From positions 4,230,001 to 4,262,000 of the forward strand of contig NZ_CP147990.1 of NCBI RefSeq assembly GCF_037902255.1: DNA of 32,000 nucleotides. The letters run 5' to 3'. Origin of the DNA: Candidatus Electrothrix sp. GW3-4. Its GTDB lineage: Bacteria > Desulfobacterota > Desulfobulbia > Desulfobulbales > Desulfobulbaceae. Under the pieces are notes generated by a model, which worked only from the letters and a program-made list of their open reading frames with translations, made no database searches and had not been told where the DNA came from. Shown here piece by piece: positions 24,828-32,000 of the stretch. A program made the position numbers and the translations under genes. Positions within the stretch are counted from its first letter, which is position 1; every line of letters starts with the position of its first letter.

Positions 24828-25394
24828 TTATCTGATAATTTTTACGATCTCCGCTTCCTTTCTCTTGGGCACAGGAGGAATATTTTCCGGGTAGCCTAGG
24901 ATGATCGGAGCCACAATGGTGCAGTTGTCCGGTATCGCCAGTTCCCTGAGCATCTCCGGGTCATGTATCTCGGTGCCGAGGTTCACCCAGCATGTTCCCA
25001 GACCTCTGGAGCTTGCCGCCAGCATGAAATAACCGGCTGCCAGGGCACAATCGACAGAGAGATTCTTTAGATGAGAAAGTCCGAGAATCATCACCAGACA
25101 CGGTGCGTTGTAGAAGACATTGAACGATTCATTCTCCAGCATCCCTTGGTATTTCTTGGCATAATCATCGGGATTGGCGGCAATGCGGGCCAGGATGTTT
25201 TTCTTGCTCTCGTCCGAGATTTTCTGCAGCATCTCTCTGTTGTTGACGATGATAAATTTCCACGGCTGCTCATTACCAGCATTCGGGGCAAGCGTGCTTT
25301 CCCTGATCATCTCTTGGATAAGCTCGACCGCAACAGGTTTGTCCTGGTATTTTCTTACGGAGCGTCGGTTTTTTAATAGTTCTTCATAGGTCAT
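24828..25394 (-). CDS. Nitroreductase family protein
   Basis: I place the start at MTYEELLKNRRSVRKY (ATG 25394, AGAGG upstream). Motifs: RRSVRKY, PNAGNEQPWKF and a C-terminal GYP region. Confidence 0.85.
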   Translation of the reverse strand: MTYEELLKNRRSVRKYQDKPVAVELIQEMIRESTLAPNAGNEQPWKFIIVNNREMLQKISDESKKNILARIAANPDDYAKKYQGMLENESFNVFYNAPCLVMILGLSHLKNLSVDCALAAGYFMLAASSRGLGTCWVNLGTEIHDPEMLRELAIPDNCTIVAPIILGYPENIPPVPKRKEAEIVKIIR

Positions 25395-25440
25395 TGCGTT
25401 GTCTACCTCTCTGTTACATTCGTTTACTAACAACTTTTGC

Positions 25441-25692
25441 ACGTCTGAATGCTCCGTTCAAACGTGTAAATACAGTGTTCAGACATATAAAAGCTCTCAA
25501 GATACGTTTGAATCCTCTTGTTCAACATGCAAATGCTTCAAACATACGTTTGTTTACTCTTGAGCAACGTGTAAACGCTATGTTCAAACATGTAAATGCT
25601 CCTGACAGACGAGTGAACAGAGCTTTTGCTTGTTTGAAAGCTTCTGACATATGTTTGTTTGCTCTTGAGCAACGTGTAAATATTTACTGATT
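25441..25692. repeat. Array 2: twelve strictly phased 21-bp units with a 105-bp (5-unit) higher-order periodicity
   Basis: Units start every 21 bp from 25441 with no indel. Consensus is ACGTnT(G/A)AAtnCT.... Unit 6 (acgtttgtttactcttgagca) is close to unit 11 (atgtttgtttgctcttgagca), and units 2, 7 and 12 all begin acgtgtaaa. Confidence 0.9.
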
Positions 25693-25707
25693 CCCAAGCA
25701 GGAAGTA

Positions 25708-26952
25708 TCATGCCTGTTGAACGCTTATTTTTCTGCTCTCATTTTTCATCAGCACAGAACCTGCCATAATGCAGAGAGATATCAGCAAGGAAAGAGAGCA
25801 GGATACTGTAATGCCGTGCCAACCATAGGAAAGCCAGACCGGTCCTAAAAGGATTGATGAGAGACTCCCGCCTCCGATGCAAAATAAAATGTACAGCGAA
25901 GAGGCACTGCCGATTGATTCTCGCGGTACACGTTGACCTATGAGCAGAAACACTGTGGGCTGGCAGGAATAGACGCTCAGAAAAAGCAGCAACAGACCAA
26001 CCACAGTCAAGAAAATTGATTGAAACCATCCCATAAGCTGGAAAGACAGCAAGGACACAACTAAGCTGGGAAATATAATCTTCAACACGCCTGTTTTCTG
26101 GGAAATGCTTCCAGCAAAAGGGGCAATGACAGCGGTAATTCCTGCAAAGCTTATCCAGCCTATTTCACCTGATGAGAAATGAAAAGGCGGGGCAAGCAGC
26201 CTATAAGTCAAGAAGGTAACCATACCGAGAAATCCAAAATAGAGGGTGAATCCAACCAGCAGTAACGATAATATTTCTGATTTGAGCATGAGGCGCATTG
26301 CATTTTTATACAGCTCGGATAAGCGTGTGTTGTTTCCGGTCTGCGTATTTTTCTTCTCAACAAGTAAAAGCTGTGTGACCGCTGAGAGGAAAAGGAGAAC
26401 AGCTGAAACAATCCGAAAGGAGATTTGCCAGCCCACGGCTTCTGTCAATATTCCCATGAAAACTCTGCCAAAAATGACGCCCAATGTTCCAGATGCAACG
26501 ATAAGCCCAACATACACCCCGATTTTATTTCTAGGAGAAATTCTGGCTACGTGAGGAAACATTGATGCCGGGATCAATGCCGCGCAAATTCCCATCAATG
26601 CCATAGCGAGTATAAATAGGCCGAAATTCGGAGTATACGATGCACCGATAACTGTCATAGCCAGAAGCACCAGCCCGGTAACTGCGATTTTGGGCAGGTT
26701 GAATTTATCGGCAGCCGGACCGAGAAAGAAAAATGCAGCAGCATAACTCAATGAAATGATACTGAATGAGAAACGCGCCTGCGTAACATCAATACTGAAC
26801 GAGGTCGCAAGTTCTGAGAATATTGACTGCGTCATAAAAACCGTTGAAACTGCAAGCAGGTTAATTGTACAGGCAATCAATATCTTGAGCAGTTCAGCAG
26901 CAGTACCGCTTTCAGCTACTCTTTCCTGAAGTGATTGTGACAATGCTCTCAT
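25708..26952 (-). CDS. MFS transporter
   Basis: 414 aa with about 12 TM helices. MFS-like loop motif GPAADKFNLPK between TM2 and TM3. Confidence 0.85.
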   Translation of the reverse strand: MRALSQSLQERVAESGTAAELLKILIACTINLLAVSTVFMTQSIFSELATSFSIDVTQARFSFSIISLSYAAAFFFLGPAADKFNLPKIAVTGLVLLAMTVIGASYTPNFGLFILAMALMGICAALIPASMFPHVARISPRNKIGVYVGLIVASGTLGVIFGRVFMGILTEAVGWQISFRIVSAVLLFLSAVTQLLLVEKKNTQTGNNTRLSELYKNAMRLMLKSEILSLLLVGFTLYFGFLGMVTFLTYRLLAPPFHFSSGEIGWISFAGITAVIAPFAGSISQKTGVLKIIFPSLVVSLLSFQLMGWFQSIFLTVVGLLLLFLSVYSCQPTVFLLIGQRVPRESIGSASSLYILFCIGGGSLSSILLGPVWLSYGWHGITVSCSLSLLISLCIMAGSVLMKNESRKISVQQA

Positions 26953-26984
26953 GGTTTCAAGTCTCTATTTGCAACTACAAAAAG

Positions 26985-27805
26985 TTAAAACAATTTTCCA
27001 TTTTTACTATGCTGCATGATCAATTTTCTGAACATCTCCACCATGCCCCTGCCCAAGGCATAAATCACTTCGGGGTCTATGTTTTTCGAGGCCGCTGTAT
27101 CAAAGAAAATATTCAATTTGGATTCAAACGGTTCTTCCGGTTCCCAGTAACTGATCAAAAAGGTATCCCAGGGAGCGGATATAAAAGAAGTGAACGATCA
27201 GCACTGTTTGTTCCCTGGAGTTCTTTGGCCTCGAATAATTCGAGTAACTCAAAAAACAACGCATTATGCGTGTCTGCTAAACGGCACATCTCCTGTTCGC
27301 AGCGGTGTGAAAAAAAATTCTCCCATTCCTTGGCCCCGGTTATGTCTCTGAAAGGTATCCATACACCGGCTTCATCCTCTGTTCTGTTGCTGACCAGATA
27401 TTTAAGAACCGGTCCATATACCCAATTATTTATATGGCATTCCGAACTCATCATGCCCTGCTCATCAATCCAAAACTCCTTGCCAAGACACCGAACCCCG
27501 ACGCGGTTTTCTTTAACCGGAAGATCATGTTCACTCGCAATATCCCTGAGACCTTTCTCGACAACCTGCTGTCTCAGCGTATCAAGTTCTTTTTCACCCT
27601 GTTCATTTGATAACTTCTTATGGACAATGCCACCGGAAAGCAGAGTGATTGTTTCTTCTGCGAGCTGTGGGCAATCTCTAAGCTGTTTCTGCCCCTGAAT
27701 GACCGCGACAGCAAAGGCCATGCAGGAGGGTAAGAGGCATTGACGGCAGTTCGACTGCTCAAGATGCTTGTACAGGTCCAAGGGGTTGCTGATTGATGAC
27801 ATCAA
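26985..27805 (-). pseudogene. DUF3786 protein with an N-terminal Fe-S (RACo-type C-x2-C-x4-C...C) domain, interrupted by a frameshift at a T5 run
   Basis: The ORF 27155..27805 (NCRQCLLPSCMAFA...C) ends at ...YPLPGIPF-TGA. The -1 frame continues as LISYWEPEEPFESKLNIFFDTAASKNIDPEVIYALGRGMVEMF... to TAA at 26985. One extra T in the CCTTTTTGA run (plus-strand A-run 27157-27161) would fuse the two frames. Confidence 0.7.
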
Positions 27806-27829
27806 TACGTTCTCCGCAGAATAAAAATG

Positions 27830-27895
27830 TTCCTGGTTTTCTGGCTCCTACACACCGGCTTGGGAACCCCTGTTCTTGAAGCTCTGCTTGCTTGG
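27830..27895 (+). repeat. Degenerate REP/BIME-like element
   Basis: ttcctggttttctggctcctacacaccggcttgggaacccctgttcttgaagctctgcttgcttgg keeps the left flank, the right arm of hairpin 1 and the start of the central hairpin. Confidence 0.65.
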
Positions 27896-28180
27896 TTACA
27901 GAGATTCTTTCTCCATTTCTTTTGCAAGCATCCGTTCTTTGAGAGATGGCCCTCCAGAAAAAACAAAGACGTTCAAAGCATGAAAAAACACCCCAATGCC
28001 CCAACCAATGAGCGGCCAAATGAACCAAAAATGTTCGGGAGCTGTGCTTACATTAATAACTATAAGCAAAATATTTACAGCGATGTAGACAGCGAGATGA
28101 ATGTACAATCCAAACTTTGCCTCTGCTCTTTTTTTAGCCCTTTGATAAGCTTCCTGATTTTCCATAATCTCTTTCTCCAA
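27896..28180 (-). CDS. 2TM-domain protein
   Basis: 94 aa. KFGLYIHLAVYIAVNILLIVIN...WFIWPLIGWGIGVFFHAL fits the 2TM domain pattern. Confidence 0.65.
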   Translation of the reverse strand: MEKEIMENQEAYQRAKKRAEAKFGLYIHLAVYIAVNILLIVINVSTAPEHFWFIWPLIGWGIGVFFHALNVFVFSGGPSLKERMLAKEMEKESL

Positions 28181-28183
28181 AAA

Positions 28184-28729
28184 CTATTCTCTCCAGTGCT
28201 GAGGCTCATTGAGAACCTCTGAACATTGAACTGTCCCTGAATGTCTTTTCAAGACATCATCGCGTAACTCTTGAACCATCCACGCTTCTGCGTGCTCTTC
28301 CGGTATAGGATATGGTGCGTCAAAACCTTGTGCTCCAGCAGGGATAAAACCGCAACGTGGATAGTAGGTCGGGTGACCAAGAACAAAAACCAACTCTGTT
28401 CCAGCTTCTTCAAGCAATCGTAAGCCTTCGTTAATGAGTTCTTCCCCAATGCCTTTCTTTTGTTTATCCGGTAGGATGGCTAATGGTGCCAAGATTTGAG
28501 CAGAGAGTATTTTTTCTGCTTTTGTAACGACAACTTTTGTGAATAAAACATGACCAACGAGTTTGTTGTTCTCAACAGCTACTAATGACAAGAGTGGCAT
28601 TGCTGTTTCGTCATCAAATAAGTCATCAACAAGTTTGGCAATCTCAGCCCCTTTGTCATTACCAAATGCACGGTTGTGGATATTCAGTATTTCTTTACGC
28701 TCTGGTTCTGTAGATTTTCTTATTTTCAA
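28184..28729 (-). CDS. GNAT N-acetyltransferase (YhbS/COG3153-like)
   Basis: TTG start with AGGA 7 nt upstream. QKKGIGEELINEG and LGHPTYYPRCGF. Confidence 0.85.
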   Translation of the reverse strand: MKIRKSTEPERKEILNIHNRAFGNDKGAEIAKLVDDLFDDETAMPLLSLVAVENNKLVGHVLFTKVVVTKAEKILSAQILAPLAILPDKQKKGIGEELINEGLRLLEEAGTELVFVLGHPTYYPRCGFIPAGAQGFDAPYPIPEEHAEAWMVQELRDDVLKRHSGTVQCSEVLNEPQHWRE

Positions 28730-28751
28730 GCTATATCCTTTTTATCAACGT

Positions 28752-28847
28752 TTGTTCTGGTTCCCAAGCTCCAGCTTGGGAATCCTTGCTCCTGAAGCTC
28801 TGCTTCCCCTATGAAGCGGAGCTTCACGGCGTTATGGGCACCAGCGA
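28752..28847 (+). repeat. Composite REP/BIME-like element with the left arm of hairpin 3 deleted
   Basis: ttgttctggttcccaagctccagcttgggaatcc...gaagcggagcttcacggcgtta-tgggcaccagcgac. Confidence 0.85.
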
Positions 28848-28953
28848 CAATCTTTGGTTGCTCAGTCTTCATGATTTTCCCTTTTGTTACGTATTGAGTT
28901 CATGATGTTTTTAGGATACCCTGTATGTCCTTTCTGAATTGATTGCTATGCAT

Positions 28954-29379
28954 CTAATCACCTCCGCATATGAGATGATTGACTGAAATTATGTTTTTCT
29001 CAGCATTGTATGTGAAGGACGCTCTAGCACCCAATATTATTATTGATTGATCTCTCCACTGCGGTGGAGATATGCACAATATTTCACCTTTCGAGTTATG
29101 TATTTTGCACCCCTGTTTTAGTGCAAACAGTACTTCGCTTATACATTCATGATTATTGCTGTAAACTTTTTCTATGCAGCCAATGCCCTCTTCGCCTGGG
29201 CCTAAGCCACACTTGGTGGTTTCAGTTTCGTACTTCTTCATTTGCTGCCAGTCGCGGCCCTGGAACTCATGAATGAATTGAGCATACCTCATGGTAAATT
29301 CACCTCTGTATTGAGGCGGGTTTTCTTTAGCTTGCAGCGTGAGTGGAAGAAGTATCACCACTAAAAGTAGTCTGAACAT
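28954..29379 (-). CDS. Secreted Cys-containing hypothetical protein
   Basis: 141 aa with signal peptide MFRLLLVVILLPLTLQA and 8 Cys. No family recognised. Confidence 0.55.
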   Translation of the reverse strand: MFRLLLVVILLPLTLQAKENPPQYRGEFTMRYAQFIHEFQGRDWQQMKKYETETTKCGLGPGEEGIGCIEKVYSNNHECISEVLFALKQGCKIHNSKGEILCISPPQWRDQSIIILGARASFTYNAEKNIISVNHLICGGD

Positions 29380-29421
29380 ATGTTCCTTTTATGCATAATT
29401 TCTCGCATTAGCGGCACATTG

Positions 29422-29532
29422 TTTTCCTGGTTCCCAAGCTCCAGCTTGGGAACATTGTTCCAGAAGCTCTGCTTCCCCTATGAAGCCGAGCTTCACGGCG
29501 TTAGTCCCCAAGCAGAGCTTGGGCACCAGCAA
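29422..29532 (+). repeat. Composite REP/BIME-like element (full length)
   Basis: ttttcctggttcccaagctccagcttgggaacattgttccagaagctctgcttcccctatgaagccgagcttcacggcgttagtccccaagcagagcttgggcaccagcaa. Confidence 0.9.
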
Positions 29533-29633
29533 ACGATTGATCTTGAAAATCTCTGTCTAGCCTTGCCGTTTCAGAATCATACTGACTGTTTTTCTCCAAT
29601 CAACACCGAATCTTGCTTTATTCTCAGGATAAA

Positions 29634-31295
29634 TAGAGCATCCTCAAAAAGCTAACCTCTCATACAGGCAATACTGCAAGACTTGCCTTGGCATTTGTTC
29701 AAAGAACGCCAAAAATCGAGCGATAATATGATTCAGCTGGCTGCGTAAAAGTAAAAACCGTGAAAGATATAAATTTTCAAGCTGTTCCTGCAACTTCCTG
29801 AGCAGAACCATCAGATTCATGACCAGGAAGATACAGTTGATCCATGCTTCAGAGGTTCTCTGAAGTTTTGCCCGGATGTAGTTGAGTCGGTAGCCGTTTT
29901 TTCCTTGGCCAAATTTCCCCTCAATGGGGATCCGTTCTCGACTATCCCGAATTCGTTGTGCTTTCAGTTCCCGAAGACGTTCTTTGTTTTCTTCTGTCTC
30001 TTTCGGGGACCTGCCCAATCGTTTACCACCAAATCGAATACCTTTCTCTTTGAGATATTTACGGTTTTCTCTTGTTCCGTAAATCTGATCAGCCAGTACG
30101 ACTGCCGGATAGTAACCATTCCGGCGCTTGTAACTCTCCACTTGCTCACGCAAATCCGTGCCTTCGTTGAAGGCATCCCAACCAATATGATCGACAAAAG
30201 CCAAACCATCGACCATGCTCACGCTGAGTTTGGCACCGAACTCCACATTTTTACCTGCTTTCCCACGAACTATCGGTCGTACATGAGGTTGGGCAATGGA
30301 AACAATTCGGTCATCGCAGCGTCGTTTTCGTTTTTTATACATCTCATCCTGCTGGCGATACACATGCTGAATGATCCAATACTGTCGTTGTTGCTGATGG
30401 GGAAGTGGAAAAGGTGCCGTTTCAACATTGTCAAGCAACTCATCAATATATCGCAGATTTCTTCGGATGTACTGTAATTGCTGCCGAAGTCCGCGCCGCA
30501 GAATTTTTCGGCCTGGTTTCTTTTTCTTAGCCAGATTCAGGTAGTTTTTACGGGCAAGTCTCCGATATGTTCTGGGCTTTTTGGCGTAGTCACTCTGTTT
30601 GTACAGATCATCAATCAGCTGCTCGGAAATCTCACGAGCTTCGTTGAGTAAACTCAGATCAGTCGGGTAACGAATCGCTTGCTCAGCAACCGTTGCATCG
30701 ACAAGCATTTTTCCCTTATTTTCAACGGGCTCTTCCTGACTCTCATCCTCTTTTTCGTCTTCATTTGCCGTACTTTTCTTTGAGAGAGCAAGTTTTTCCA
30801 AAATCACTTCTTCAAAAGCAGAAAAAACATCTTTTCCCATGCGCTTGCGAATTTCAACAAACAGGCTGGGAGCTAGAGGTCGCTTGTCTTGAAAACAAGA
30901 AAATCCAACAAAATATTGAAGATAGGGATTCTCCTGGATCTGAAGTACGGTTTCTTCATCACTGAGCGTCAACTTGTGCTTAATGATTAACGCGCCGATC
31001 ACCAATCTGGCATCTTTGGCTGGTCGTCCTTGATGCGGGTCCAAAGTTCGATAATATCTGATGGCGAACTCATCCCACGGAATAACTTTATGCCATTTGA
31101 TCCATCTGTTTTCAGGGTTCAGTTTACCTCCAAACGGAAGGCTGAATCCTTCAAGTGTAAGCTGTCTGTCACTGGTGTACCTGATCATGTGCATGCCTTA
31201 TGAGGGGGTGAACGTCAAAAACATGCATATTTTACAATATTTTTACAACTTTTTCATTTAAAATCAGTGCACTGAGGCTTTTTAAGGGCAATCTA
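29634..31295 (-). mobile_element. IS5/IS1182-type insertion sequence (boundaries approximate)
   Basis: Single transposase ORF. Candidate imperfect terminal inverted repeats are TAGAgcatCCTcAAAAAGC (29634-29652) and GCTTTTTaAGGgcaaTCTA (31277-31295), matching 14 of 19. No clear target-site duplication is visible. Confidence 0.45.
29644..31194 (-). CDS. IS5/IS1182-family DDE transposase
   Basis: 516 aa. N-terminal InsH/DUF772-like region (LEGFSLPFGGKLNPENRWIKW...DEFA...GRPAKDARLVIGALIIKH) and a C-terminal DDE region (VDATV..., DHIGWDAFNEG..., LADQIYGTRENR). Confidence 0.85.
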   Translation of the reverse strand: MHMIRYTSDRQLTLEGFSLPFGGKLNPENRWIKWHKVIPWDEFAIRYYRTLDPHQGRPAKDARLVIGALIIKHKLTLSDEETVLQIQENPYLQYFVGFSCFQDKRPLAPSLFVEIRKRMGKDVFSAFEEVILEKLALSKKSTANEDEKEDESQEEPVENKGKMLVDATVAEQAIRYPTDLSLLNEAREISEQLIDDLYKQSDYAKKPRTYRRLARKNYLNLAKKKKPGRKILRRGLRQQLQYIRRNLRYIDELLDNVETAPFPLPHQQQRQYWIIQHVYRQQDEMYKKRKRRCDDRIVSIAQPHVRPIVRGKAGKNVEFGAKLSVSMVDGLAFVDHIGWDAFNEGTDLREQVESYKRRNGYYPAVVLADQIYGTRENRKYLKEKGIRFGGKRLGRSPKETEENKERLRELKAQRIRDSRERIPIEGKFGQGKNGYRLNYIRAKLQRTSEAWINCIFLVMNLMVLLRKLQEQLENLYLSRFLLLRSQLNHIIARFLAFFEQMPRQVLQYCLYERLAF

Positions 31296-32000
31296 AATAT
31301 CAATTAGAAACATCTGATCCCATATCTGCTGAAATTGATCCCCCTTGATAGCTGGGGAATATTGTGCAAGTCTGCTTTCTATCTCTACTTCTGATAAGTT
31401 GGTTTCTTTGGACATACGCGCTCGAAGTCGATCTTTTTGCATATCTTGTTGATCCTTGCGTAGGGAAATAATCAGATGTTCAGCTAAAGATTGATAGGCA
31501 AGAAGAATATACGGTTCCCAATCAAAATATACGCCTCCAGATTCGCGAGATGCACTATCCGTAATTTCAGATAATCGAGGTTCATTGTCCATCCAACGTC
31601 TATAAAATTCTTTAGTGCCAGAGAGCAAATCCCCAGGAGATATTTCAGCATCAGGTCCAACAAGAGCAACAGCAGGTGCTATAGGGCTTCTAGTAAGAGC
31701 TTTAATTCCTGCAAAGCCAATGCATGCAGCAATTACAACAACCAAGTTGCAGTTGGTTGCAAAATTCAATCTTTGAAGAGGATCAGTTAATCGCTCCCAT
31801 GAAAGTAATTCCTCGCCACCCTTCCCATTCGGCCCTCCCAGTCCATCTTTATTGCCATGAGCCTCAATATGAAGTACCGGTATCATACCAGTTCTTTCTG
31901 CAAGGTCAGTAGCATCTTTGATAGAAGCCAGTACCTCGGTGCTGCTTTTACATTCGGAATACTTTGACCAGCGAGACCTTCTCTCCTGCATCCATTCATG
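31293..32000 (-). CDS. Partial ORF with a caspase/CHAT-like His-Cys dyad (N-terminus probably beyond the window end)
   Basis: VLHIEAHGNKDG ... NLVVVIAACIGFAG resembles the caspase-fold H-G / (Q/A)AC-x-G dyad. The frame remains open upstream of M31991 to the window edge. Its stop codon (31293-31295) coincides with the putative IS terminus. Confidence 0.35.
   Translation of the reverse strand, partial: HEWMQERRSRWSKYSECKSSTEVLASIKDATDLAERTGMIPVLHIEAHGNKDGLGGPNGKGGEELLSWERLTDPLQRLNFATNCNLVVVIAACIGFAGIKALTRSPIAPAVALVGPDAEISPGDLLSGTKEFYRRWMDNEPRLSEITDSASRESGGVYFDWEPYILLAYQSLAEHLIISLRKDQQDMQKDRLRARMSKETNLSEVEIESRLAQYSPAIKGDQFQQIWDQMFLIDI

Noticed and set aside
25691-25702. ttcccaagcagg right after array 2, as an eighth REP-like copy
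   Set aside because: Only a 9-10-nt match to one hairpin arm, with no complementary arm. It may be a remnant but is not supportable.
26931-27698. 255-aa plus-strand ORF 26931..27698
   Set aside because: It is antisense to the DUF3786 gene, which has clear Fe-S and DUF3786 motifs. Its translation is Ser/Cys/Phe-rich and low-complexity, with no motif.
19941-29532. Integron cassette array with the ~100-bp repeats acting as attC sites
   Set aside because: I found no intI and no GTTRRRY / RYYYAAC core pair at the element ends. The element comprises three local hairpins, not a single R''-L''/L'-R' bulged stem. A RAYT flanked by the elements explains them better. The cassette-like placement is still reported as a finding.

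Overview
This 32-kb chromosomal window is a compositional mosaic. GC-rich housekeeping genes (pbpC 5' part, rsgA, aroK, rmuC, rsmB, pgsA, a lytic transglycosylase, a short transaldolase) are interrupted by AT-rich accessory segments, almost all encoded on the minus strand. No rRNA, tRNA or CRISPR array was recognised by eye. Six things stand out.
1. A 1.75-kb two-gene cassette (SMC/ABC-type ATPase plus a small TOPRIM-like protein, a PARIS/AbiL/OLD-like architecture) sits in the 3' end of aroK. It is bracketed by an 87-bp direct repeat that duplicates the last ~33 aroK codons, with synonymous differences between the copies.
2. Two related arrays of strictly phased 21-bp repeats (10 and 12 units, no indels) each lie between two minus-strand genes.
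3. A ~100-bp three-hairpin REP/BIME-like repeat family has seven same-orientation copies between 19.9 and 29.6 kb. They surround a REP-associated tyrosine transposase (RAYT), and each ends 14-45 bp upstream of a minus-strand start codon.
4. Nested direct repeats (a 47-bp element with a 16-bp palindrome, and a 12-bp-stem hairpin whose substitutions are wobble-compatible only on the minus strand) bracket the CNNM and DUF3047 genes.
5. A DUF3786/Fe-S gene is broken at a T5 run.
6. An IS5/IS1182-type insertion sequence abuts a partial gene with a caspase/CHAT-like His-Cys dyad.
All family assignments come from reading motifs in the translations. No database search was run.
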